In this document: positions 40,917 through 52,013 of the stretch, one piece after another
How the letters are laid out: the number at the start of each line of letters is the position of its first letter
Numbering within the stretch: the stretch's first letter is position 1
NCBI GenBank assembly: GCA_010093605.1
Contig: MU004189.1
Location: 379,834-443,833 of the forward strand
DNA from: Lophium mytilinum
Taxonomy: Eukaryota
DNA: 64,000 nt
Direction: 5' to 3'
Made by a program: the position numbers and the translations under genes
The notes under the pieces: generated by a model
Seen by the model: the letters and a program-made list of their open reading frames with translations, nothing else
Told to the model about the DNA's origin: nothing
The model's database searches: none

Positions 40917-43900
40917 ATGTCAAGAGCATCTACGCCTGCACTCCCTCTTTATCACGCGTCCGCAGCCCTGCCAGAGGACTCAGAGTCCCACAATGCCCTA
41001 CACCTGCGACCAGCGCAGGCTCAGCGCCGTTCAGCGCCCTCAGTATGTCCTAAAACCCACGCCCCTTTCGTGAATGACTGGAGACGGGCAACACTAACGT
41101 CCATGTCCTTTCTTCAGTCGTTGACATCATCCTACTCCATCCTCACGCCCACCGAGACCGCGCACCGCCTCTCAACCTCCCTGACCCATGGTCTGTCGCC
41201 AGCAGGGGCTTCTGCAAGGATCCACCAGTATGGCACAAATGAACTCCCCCACGAAGACCCGGAGCCTCTATGGCTGCGCTTCCTCAAGCAGTTCAAGGAG
41301 ACTCTCATTCTGCTTCTCCTCGGATCTGCTGCCGTATCCTTCCTCATGGGAAACCTGGAAGACGCCATCAGCATAACTGCTGCCGTCACAATCGTTGTCT
41401 CGGTGGGCTTCGTCCAGGAATATAGATCAGAAAAGTCCTTGGAAGCTTTAAGCCAGCTCGTCCCTCACTCTGCCCATGTTATCCGAAGCGGAATCACACA
41501 TGTGCGAGAACACGCAGTTGCAGTGAATGGTTCTGCCGGTATAGAGTTAGAAGATGTGAAAGACAATGCTGTGTCGCTGGAAGCTGCAGAACGAACATCA
41601 ACAACCCTCTCTGCTACCTTACTAGTGCCCGGCGACCTTGTCCTGTTCCATACAGGAGACCGGATTCCAGCTGACATTCGCATTACCCACGCGGCAGACC
41701 TTGCGATTGACGAGTCGAATTTGACCGGCGAGAACGAACCCGTGGTGAAAGCACCAGATACGATTCCTTCGCCGTCGTCTTCCATGGGCCAGTCGCGCCC
41801 GCATTCTCCCTTCTATGCATCACCTGCAGCAGGCACTGTAGGTGCGGATATTCGCCTCAATGATCAAACCAACATCGCATTCATGGGTACACTTGTCCGC
41901 TCTGGCTACGGACAGGGCGTTGTCATTGGCACAGGAGCAAATACTGAATTCGGAGCTATATCCGCTTCTCTCCAGGAGATCGAAAGCCCTCGCACGCCTC
42001 TACAACTGTCAATGGATAGGCTTGGCAAAGAGCTAAGCTATATGTCCTTCGGTGTGATTGGCTTCATCATGCTCCTTGGGCTGTGGCGCGGCTGGGAATT
42101 TTTAGAAATGTTCCAAATCGGAGTATCGCTTGCTGTAGCTGCGATCCCGGAAGGGCTGCCCATCATCGTTACGGTGACCCTAGCGTTGGGCGTTTTGCGG
42201 ATGTCTAAGAGAGATGCGATTGTACGACGACTTCCCAGCGTGGAAACTTTGGGGTCAGTGAACGTAGTGTGTAGTGACAAGACTGGTATGTGCAGAAAAC
42301 CCCAATCTGTAGAGCAAGACTGGGCATAAGAAGCTAACAACACTCAAAGGCACTCTGACAACTAACCATATGACTGTTACTAAACTATGGCACTTCGACG
42401 AGCCTGCACCGGTTGATGTTGTCAAGAAGCATGGTTCTGCTACGCTCGACCCTGCGACCCGTATCATCCTGCGTATAGGCAATATCGTGAACAATGCTCG
42501 TCTACTCGGTGCTCACGCAGACTCTCATGCTACTGCATCCTCTGCAGCGGTCCTGTCCTCTACCATGGGGGACGATGCTTCAATTTCCAAAAGCCGTTGG
42601 GTGGGCCAACCTACAGACGTCGCCCTTCTAGATCTTTTGGACGCATTTGGCGAGGATGATGTGAGGGAAAGGATCGGCAGTCGCCGAAATGAGACGCCGT
42701 TCAGCTCGGAGCGAAAATGGATGGGCGTGGTAATACAAGGCAGCTCAGGGACAGAACTTACCGCTGGGTCTGATGTAGCTTACATCAAAGGTGCTCTCGA
42801 GAAAGTGCTGGATCGATGTGATACGTATATCACTGCCCAAGGCCGAGAGGTTATTCTGGACGCTCCTAAACGACAAGAAGCCTTGAATGCTGCCGAGTCC
42901 ATGGCGCAGGATGGACTTAGAGTCCTTGGATTCGCAAGTGGATCATCGCGTGAAGGGCGCAAATCTGGACTACAAACGCCGCACAAGAGCCAAAGCGGCA
43001 ACGCCTCGCCCAATAATGCGTCCGAACAAAGTCCAAAGCACGTCACTAATCCACATGACGACGAGGCCTTCCGCGGATTAGCGTTTGCTGGCCTAGTTGG
43101 CATGAACGACCCTCCGCGCAAGGGCGTGGACAGGTCAATACGGCGGCTCATGGCGGGACGAGTCAAGGTTATCATGATCACTGGGGACGCAGAGACCACA
43201 GCCGTAGCCATCGGCAGGAAGTTAGGCATGCCAATCACGATGAACTCCGCCATTGGTCGCTCTGTGCTAAATGGAGATGAACTGGACCAGATGAGCGAGG
43301 AGGAACTTTCGCACGCAATTGCCACCACATCCATATTTGCACGAACGAGTCCGGAACACAAACTAAAAATCGTTCGCGCTCTGCAATCGCGTGGAGACGT
43401 AGTCGCCATGACTGGGGATGGAGTCAATGATGCACCGGCATTGAAGAAAGCCGACATTGGGATCTCTATGGGCCGATTGGGGACAGATGTTGCTAAAGAA
43501 GCAGCTGACATGATCTTGACCGACGATGATTTCTCAACAATTTTGAGTGCCATCGAGGAAGGCAAGGGCATATTTTACAACATTCAGAACTTCTTGACCT
43601 TTCAACTGAGCACCAGCGCGGCTGCTCTTAGCCTAGTACTTCTGAGTACCTTTCTTGGATTTCAAAATCCTCTCAACGCTATGCAAATCCTGTGGATAAG
43701 TAAGCAGATATCTCATCCACCTATTTAGCGGTGAAAAGCTAATATTGCTAGACATTCTTATGGACGGCCCTCCTGCGCAATCTCTAGGAGTAGAGCCAGT
43801 AGACCCGGCAGTGATGACTCGTCCTCCTCGCGCCCGAAACGCTCGCGTTTTGACCCGACCCCTTCTTCAACGAGTCCTGCAATCGGCGTCAATCATCATG

Positions 43901-44293
43901 CTCGGCACATTGATGATATACTACCACGAGATGACTTCAGATGGCGAAGTTACTGCTCGTGACACCACTATGACCTTTACTTGCTTCGTCTTATTCGACA
44001 TGTTCAACGCACTGACGTGCCGCTCCGAAGCCAAATCCGTCCTGACTGGAGAGATCGGGCTCTTTTCCAACAAAATGTTCAACTATGCCGTCGCAGGCAG
44101 CCTCCTTGGGCAACTTGCTGTGATTTACCTGCCTTTGTTGCAGAGTATATTCCAAACAGAAGCCCTCGGCTTCATGGACCTCATTCATCTAATAGCAGTA
44201 GCCAGCTGCGTGTTTTGGGCCGATGAAGCCAGAAAATTTTATCATCGCTGGAAACGGGGGCGTGGATTAGCAGGATATAGCGGCAGTGTATGA
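40917..44293 (+). CDS. PMR1: Golgi Ca2+/Mn2+ P-type ATPase (SPCA/Pmr1), multi-exon
   Basis: [39 protein letters not shown] (spliced), [43 protein letters not shown]. Confidence 0.97.
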
Positions 44294-44544
44294 TACGGTT
44301 TAGTTGAGGTCACAGCCTTTATACACTTTGTAAGATATGTCAATAGTCGTAGGGATGCATTCAAATTGGATGAAGTTTCCCTTCCTTGATCATCTTGCTG
44401 CGTGTACAGTCTTCAGCTGACAAACTCTTCTGACTGATATCAGGTTCTAGTCGTTAGCGCTAACAGATCTGCAGACAAAAGGGTCAGGGGACTGTCTAGT
44501 TTCCGTCCTAAAGCATGGGTATCTGTGTTGATAGCAGACTAAAC

Positions 44545-46644
44545 CTAGCTATCCTTCATGGTCGTATCTACGCTCTCTTCCTGTCGCATTAAGTACCCCA
44601 TGATACCCCATAGCCCTCGCATGACTTCTATCCTGTCTTCAACAACGAAGAAGTCGTACCACCGAGTCCGGTGCAGCACAGGTGAAGCCCATAATTTATC
44701 TCCAGGGAGATCGCTTGGTAAAACGCCATTCGTCAAGAGTTGGACATAAAACGGATGTACGCGCAGCTTGAGAATGCTGACATGATGATTGAGTGACGAA
44801 ACCATGTAAACCTAGTCTTAGCATTAGTACACGTTCGTCGACTTGGTTTCAAATCAACCAGCACACTCACTTCATCCCACTCCGCATCAGAGCTCTTCCC
44901 AACGGCTTGATATTCGACTTTGGTGTCCCAGAAGCCATTACCAGGCTTCAGGACCTTCCAAATCTCCGCAGCAGACATTCGCCGCCTTTCTCTACCCCCC
45001 AGTCTTGTGCGCACAGGCTTCTCCTCCTTCTCCTTGTCTTTCTCTACTGGCACATCGCTTCCCCCGGACGCTTCTCCAACTTCACCCCCGGGGCCTCCAC
45101 CCCATCGAGGCTGAGTAACCCACCACTTGCCATCCCCAGGCTTCTGCTCCGTCTTACCTTCTCTCGCCCGCTCTTGGGACAACAGCAACATCCCCCCAAG
45201 CTCTCTCACGACGTCTAGCACCGACTCCGCCTCCAAAGACCCACTGCTTCCAAAGTCCGTCTCCGCTCTGCACTGAACCCCCAACACCGGCCCCTCCAAC
45301 CAACCCGCGCGAGCTCTCATCCGATCCGCCGGCGCCCTCCATGCCACAGTGCTTATCCGCACAGGAAACCTCACACTCTCGAGCGCAAGCGCAGGCGGGC
45401 GTCGATGCGGCACAAGCGTGAGGCCGAACGCCCACGCAATCGGCTCCAGAAAGCCGCGCACGGTGTCCATGCGATACGCGTCTGGCATCTCGGCGCCGTT
45501 GCCGAGTCGGTTGCCGCGGTACGTGCCTGGGATTTTCTCGGCTGGCGCTGCGGGGACGGCGCCGGGGACTTTCGGGGGCTGGGTGCGGGCGGGGAGGGAG
45601 AAGCTGGAGCTGGATGTGATGGTGGCTGGTGGGGTGGGTTTGGAGGCAGGTTTTGGGTCGGGCGCGGCCTCAGGAATGGGTAGTGGGGACGGCTCCTTGG
45701 GGGATTCGGTTGCGGTCTTGGCTTTCTTTCGTGGCTCTTCAACGTTCATGGCTTCGATTTCGGCTTGGAGGTCGCGGTCGTTGGCTTGGGCGTCTTTGGG
45801 AGGGCTGGCAGAGTCCTTGGGGCCTTCGTGGGCGGCTTCTGGTGCTGGGGGGATATACTCGTCTAGCGAGGTGTCCCAGTAGTAGGCCATGTTGTCCAGC
45901 CCTTCCCAGAACCGGCGGAAGTGAGCAAGGCGAGGGGCGGGTTGGTTCAGTTTGGGGGATCTGGTCAACACGGAGAAGGCATCTTCGTTGGTGTAATAGA
46001 GCTCCTTCGCTCGGATGTAGAACTCCTTGCGGTCAAGAGGCTTCCGGCCATTGCTGAGCACTCGATCTGGAGCGTCCACCTCGACGCCCTCTGGGATTGG
46101 CTCTAACCAGGATGCGGGGGGTAAGAATGACAATCCATTTGGGGACGTGGATAGCAGTGATTCAAAGTCGCCTGGGGGCTCGCACGTGACATTCAGGAGA
46201 GCCAAGTGCTCGGCGGTCACATCAGAGGGCTTCCTGATAGCGGCGAAACGTGCAGTTAGGTCGGAGGCATCGCCTTTGGTCCATTTCGGGGGCTCTCTAG
46301 ATGCAGACGGCTCAGGCGGAAAGGAGGGAAAGGCGACAGGCGAAGGCTTTGAAGGAGGGGCGCGCTCTTTGGTAGCATCATGTCGGCCAGCGAGAAACGA
46401 GCCTGAGGCATCAATCAGTATGGACTAGAAAGCAGCCTCGCTAGCCCCAGGGAAGCCTCGAGATGGTATGTCTAGCCCATTTGGAGGAGACGGCTGAGGT
46501 TCATGTACTTCGTCGTTGATTCTAGACTGTCGGTCTCCCGCGCAGGCGCCATATGTCAAGCACGGGCCTTTCGTACCGCGAGAGTGACATTCTGGAGATG
46601 GTGGAGTGAGCAAAGACGCACTTACTGTTGCCGAAGCCAAACAT
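44545..46644 (-). CDS. Conserved-looking fungal hypothetical protein (exons 46644-46626, 46402-44871, 44811-44545)
   Basis: Micro-exon MFGFGN + GTAAGT...CAG intron puts the long ORF in frame; motifs FRRFWEGL..MAYYWDTSLDEY, GVQCR.ET.F, WW.T.PRWGGGPGG, YMVSSLNHHVSIL. Confidence 0.8.
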
Positions 46645-46984
46645 GACGCCCTGCGATGGATGAACGCGCGCTCTATAGACGAGTCTTTGTATTTACAGAG
46701 GACAGCTGTGCCGCACGACGTAGCCGCCCACGTCTAGCGAGGCAGCGTGTTCCCAGAAAGTGTCGAGCTGCAGCCAGCCGCTAACGGCATACTGCATTTG
46801 GGGAGATTCAGTGATTTTGAACAACAGCATCACTGATTAACATAGCTTGCTTAATTACTCACATAACGATGCTCTATGAACTGAAGATTCAGGGTTTGAT
46901 CAATTCTTCGGTATCAGCCTCAAGCTATTCTTTTCCGATGAATTATGGTAGTTCGAACGTCAGAACCCGAGAACTGACATACTC

Positions 46985-47165
46985 ACCTGTCGCAACCCGT
47001 AAAGCACCCATAGTGTCCACCGAAACCTATATCCACCAGGGCCTTCTGTCCAATAACGGCTTCATACATGCCCCCCTAGCGTTATGTAGGACTGCGGCCC
47101 GAACCCGAGCCTGCATGGCAGCCTCATGCCGTGATTGCTCTCCGGTCCAAGTACGACGATTAATA
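46985..47165 (-). ncRNA. Candidate structured RNA (H/ACA-snoRNA-like) or structured 5' leader exon
   Basis: TATAAA at 47203-47198; three foldable hairpins; ANANNA boxes (ACATAA 47087-47082, ACAGAA 47049-47044); ACA at 46990-46988. Confidence 0.35.
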
Positions 47166-47381
47166 CTACTGGGAATAAGGACGAAGAGACAAATGTGTTT
47201 ATATTGAGTTATTTGAAGAAGCGATACACTCTCAGTGAATGGCGTTGGCCTCTGGCTGACACGTGACCATCGGACCCGCCCTAAGCGATTGTTTGTTGAC
47301 CGAACCGCGCTCTTGATTTCCGCTCCGCCACCCTCCCCCCCTCGCACTACCACCGCATCCTCTGGTCTACTAACATAATTT

Positions 47382-49516
47382 ATGGCGCCAGACATGGAGT
47401 CAGACAGTATTCCTGAAGTAACAGATGTGAGTATATTCTCTTCAGATCACACGCGGCACCGATTACTGACAACTGGCGCGTCTGCAGCTACACCATTCGC
47501 TCCGAACCACGAGTCTGGAATTGAACCTGGCGCGCAGCAAGCACTCCGTCGAAGTCGTCGCTAAGGACGAGGATATCAGGAAGCTTCGATTCCAAATCCA
47601 GCTGCTCGACGATGAGAACGACGATCTAAACGAAAAGTTGAGCGAGGAAGAAGCGCGTTCGGATGGACTGGAGACAGCGTTGGACGAAGCACTAGCTCAG
47701 TTGGAGCAGCTCCAGTCTGAGAAAGAAGCGCTGGAGAACGACATACGCATCAAGTCCAGGGAACTCAGTAACGTCAAGGTACGGGTTACTTACACTAGCG
47801 GGCAAGTCGCAACACTAACACTGGACATAGGCTGAGCTGAAAGCGATGGAGAGCGTTGGCACCGACTCTACGAAAGTCCTAACGGAGAAACTAGCCCTAT
47901 CTCGCGAGGTTGCTACCCTCAAGCCGGAATTGCAATACCTACGAACCCAGGTGGAGACAAATCAAGGATTGCTTGCCGAAAAGCTCTCGCTTCAACGCGA
48001 GTTGACCACCTTACAAGTCGAGCTCGAAAATGAAAAGCGCACATCCGCACGAGCACTGGCTAGACAAGGGAAGAACAATGAACAAGATGAGGAGTTGATC
48101 GCAGAACTGGAGTCCCTCCGGAAGGACCTAGGCAAGCAGAAGCGCGACCGCGAGCGAGCCGAGAAAGCCCTGCAAAAATCCGAGACCGCCCTGGAGAAAG
48201 CCCAGTCAGATCTCGAATCTCAGGATTTGCTGAGGCAGAAGGAATCAAGCGCAAAAGCGGACAAGGCCCTGGCTGCCGAGTTGGAAACACTTCAGAAGGA
48301 TCTAGCTAAGCAAAAGCGCGAATGCGAACGTGCCGAGAAAGCCTTGGAGAAATCCGAACTCGCTCTGGAGAAGTCCAGGTCCGACCACCAGTCTCAGAAG
48401 CGTGCTACTGAGCTCGCCTTACAAAAGGTTGAAAGGGCCTACAACAACAAGGAAGACGATCCCCAGGTTGATGAACTACGGAAAGAACTAGCTCAGGAGA
48501 AGCTGGACCGCCAGAAACAAGAGAAGGAGTTCTTCAAGGCTCAGGCTCAAGCTGAGGGCCACCAGGCTGTCCTTGATGAGAAACTGAACGCTTTCCGGAA
48601 CAAGCTAAAGTCAACCAAGGATAAGCTCAAGGAAACAGAAACCGAGGTCCAGAAGCTCAAGGCTGAAGCTGCCACACGCCCGATTGTCGAAAAGCCTGCA
48701 AAGAACCCCCGCAAGAGAATGGCAGCCTCTGTCGACCCAGATGCGACTATCGGCACACCTGGCGATGGTGTACCTATGAAGAGAACAAAACGAGCTGCTA
48801 CTGCAGCTGTGGGTGACAAATCGACATTCTCGATTACGCCCTTCTTGAACCGCACCGCGAGCATAGCGCCTGATAGCCCTCCCCAAGATGAACCGACAAT
48901 AGAAGAGGATGAAAAAGAAGAGGCTCTCGAAGCGACTCCCTCCGCGCCTCCCAAGAAAGCCACCAAGAAAGCTGCCCAGCCCAAGGTAAAACCAATAGCA
49001 AAACCGCTTGCGCCAGCAGCTTCAAGTAAAGCCAACGCAAAACCACCTGCACGAAAGAAGGCCCCCATCTCTACTCTGGAGAAGGTCACCGAAGAAGTAA
49101 CCGAAGTTGCAGAGGAGAATGCGGAAAAGCCTGTTTCCGCCCCGATTACTACTATCACGGAGAACACGGAAAACATCATGGTCCCTACATTTCCCGTACT
49201 TAAACCTGCGTCTCGCCCAAAAGCCAAGCCTCGAAAGTCCCTCATGTCCTTCGCTGCTTTCAACGAGGAGCCAGCCCCCGAGAAGAAGAAGAAGCGCAAG
49301 CTGGGCAGCAGTGGTCTGGGCAAGACACTGTTTGATGCTGAGGAAGACGATCTTCCACCGAAGCCGATCCCGGGCAAGGGGCTTTTTGCTGCGCGAGCGC
49401 TAGGGAAGACCCTACTGGCTGGAAAGGGTGCCAAAGGACCAATCAGTGGAGGTTTCAAGATGATGACGGAGGATGGATTCCAGTTTTCGCCTCTGAAGAA
49501 GGATCGTAGGAGGTAG
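47382..49516 (+). CDS. Nuclear coiled-coil protein with a disordered basic tail, 3 exons
   Basis: Introns ~47427-47487 and ~47779-47831; long coiled coil, FSITPFLNRT motif, KKKKRKL NLS-like motif, terminal FSPLKKDRRR. Confidence 0.85.
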
Positions 49517-50622
49517 GGTACCGTACTTCTTAGGACTCTTGTGGTCATGCTTTCGTGGGATTGCTTGGGTGGCGGTGTTTGCATTTGGGCGGGCAAGGTG
49601 CATGGAGTTCATGTTATGGGCGGGTTCAGTGTCTGATTCTGTCATGTGGCGGTATGCATGTGTTCGATTACGAGTCTCCAACCTCATTGTGTGTTTTGTC
49701 TAGCAATCAACGTGAAGGCTACATGCCTCAATGACCACTCCTAATATTATCCATTATTTCAAGCTTTCTCTTTCTTGAGCCACTCTCTCGTGTTCCGCCA
49801 CACTTTACTCCTTTTACGCCATAGGGGTAGACTTGGCGTTTATCCTGGTATCACTTCTCCGTAATTCTGGTCATGGTAATCAGGGCTATGGGAAGAGCTG
49901 GGAAAGGATTAATACCCCGGATTGTGTGGTTCAAGGAAGTGTACGGACCATCCGTACAGCTGGGAAGAGGACTTAGAGCCATTGCACTATAAATGCAGTA
50001 TTTCATCTCTATCATGGTATATGTCCGAAAAATGCAGTAAGAAAGCTTACGACCAAAGGGAGGGTAATGATTAGCAGCTACACTTTCCCGAGGTTGGTGG
50101 ACTGTTCTTGATGCGCGACAATGCCTTTCTTATTCGTCGCGTCTGTGAACGACCTTGTCTCGTGAAAGCCGTAGAGAGTTGTTGGCATATGTCTGGTGGA
50201 CAAAAGGGGCTTCTCCACAGGAGCTTTCGTCTTTCGTCAGTCAATTGGTATTTGGCGAATAGCTCCCGAGTTCTTCCTGTTAGACTCCGCTCCTTTTGAC
50301 TGATTTTCGGATTGGAAGGCTGATGCAGCGGGTCTCGGTTCAATTAGGGAATGAAGCGAGAAAGCCTTCCATCTGCCTTCGACTTTCACTGTTACCAACA
50401 ATTCCCAATTATCTGAGTACGTACGTCGCAAACTTTTACAAGTCCGAGCATTGCCAAAACCAGCAATTGTCTGAGATTGAGATATGATTAATAGCAGAGA
50501 CATCGTATTCCAGCGAGAGAGGTTCGTGCTTAAGGGCGACCTGGATTTGATCTCCTTTCCTATGCTGTGAAAGAGATAGTTGGTATAGGTACGCTGATCG
50601 AGCCCACCGCCGAAACGAGAGA

Positions 50623-51085
50623 CTAGAGTTTCTCAGATTCGTCACAGTGTCGCCGGAGCTCAGCAGCGAGCTTGCTGGCCGCCTGGGCAAGAGTAGCATT
50701 CTCTTCTCTGAGAGAGACTATCTCGTCATTCTGAGACTGGGCACCACGCTTCAAACTGTTGATCTCACCCAACGCTTCGTCTTTCTCCCTTTGAAGCCTC
50801 TGTATGTCTGCCATTTGCTCGGCGGACAGCGTCCGTTGAGATTCGTTCCGTCTTTTGAGATCCCAAATCTCAACACCATTCGTTGCCTGCGAATTCCTGA
50901 GCAATCGAACTTCCATTTTTGAGTCTCCCCTTAGCCACTGCTCCGACAACAATGTAATGCCGAAGTATACCCCCAATAAGCTTATGAACACAGGAACAAG
51001 AAAAGCAATGAGAAGTAGCTGTTCGCTGCGAGACTTGGTGAAAGCTTTATGGGTCTCCGTCGTATCTTCCTTGACATGAAATGAC
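50623..51085 (-). CDS. Orphan ORF with one TM helix and a coiled coil; possibly truncated or a pseudogene (start approximate)
   Basis: MSFHVKED...LLLIAFLVPVFISLLGVYFGITLL...IQRLQREKDEALGEINSLKR...; fragmented ORFs continue downstream to ~50070. Confidence 0.45.
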
Positions 51086-51159
51086 ATTGTCTTCACGCCT
51101 TCTAAAGAGTTCCCATGCTCTAGATTCCACAAAGCCCTAGCTGCAGATTTGTTGGTATT

Positions 51160-51920
51160 GCAGTGTGCAAAACTGTAACAGCATCGACCTGATACAGGAC
51201 CTGCAATAGTACCCATAGCTCCCCTACCCGACTTCAAGCCTTAATCTAATGTCCTTTAACAGCCACCCGAAATCAGGTCACTGGAAAAAGTATGCGGACG
51301 ACGGGCTGCCATCGTCCGAAATACCTCAGCTCGTTATTATAGCTTGCAAAACCGCAATAGCGCCGACCTAAATCAAGACCTCCGGCAAGACAATTAGCTT
51401 CTTTACCTTATTTCAGGCCTCCACATGGTGCCCTTTAACAGCCACCTCAAATTAGCTCACTAGAAAAATTATGTGGACTACACGCTGCCGCCGTCTGAAG
51501 TACCTCAACCCACTACTGCAGTTTGCAAAACTGCAATAGCGCCGACCTGATTTAAGACCTCCCGCAATAAGATTAGCTCCCTTCCCCAATTTCAGGCCTC
51601 CATTTAGTGTCTTTTGACAGCCACCTCAAATCAGCTTACTAGAAGAAGCGTGTAGACCACGGGCTGCTGCCGTCCGTCCGAGGTACCTCAACCCACTATC
51701 ACTGCGCACAAAGCCGCAAGAACATGGACCTGATTCCGGACCTCCAGCAACATCCTCAGCGCTCCTATCCAATCTCAACCCTCAATCGCCTCTCCTTTGC
51801 CAGACAGTCCAAACCAGACCTCCACAATCACTCTTCTGCACCTATGCTGCCGCCGTCTGAAGCACCTCAACTCACCATCACAGCCAGCAAACCCACAGCA
51901 ACTCAGACCTACAATCGGAC
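51160..51920. repeat. Degenerate tandem array, ~179-bp unit, ~4 copies
   Basis: cctttaacagccacc at 51253 and 51432, variant at 51611; gctgccgccgtctgaag.acctcaac at 51484, 51663 (variant) and 51846; partial copy from ~51160. Confidence 0.92.
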
Positions 51921-52013
51921 ATGAAACTTTTCCATTGAACTAAAACACCTAAAAAGAACCCGCCCCCCCTATCCCTCTCCCCCCAGCCCCTCCATCAGCC
52001 CGCACGCCCCATC

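Noticed and set aside
46990..47060. RNase P, U1 or U3-like words (ACAGAAGG, TTCGGTGG, AATCACG, GTACTT)
   Set aside because: Required conserved elements (RNase P CR-I GGGAAA, U1 5' ACTTACC, U3 boxes) are absent.
48547..49596. Long antisense ORFs (also 42780-43571, 31640-32314, 35537-36175, 1968-2576)
   Set aside because: Shadows of well-supported genes on the opposite strand, explained by codon bias.
51160..51920. CRISPR-like interpretation of the repeats
   Set aside because: Eukaryotic DNA; whole units are homologous with no unique spacers, and there are no cas genes.
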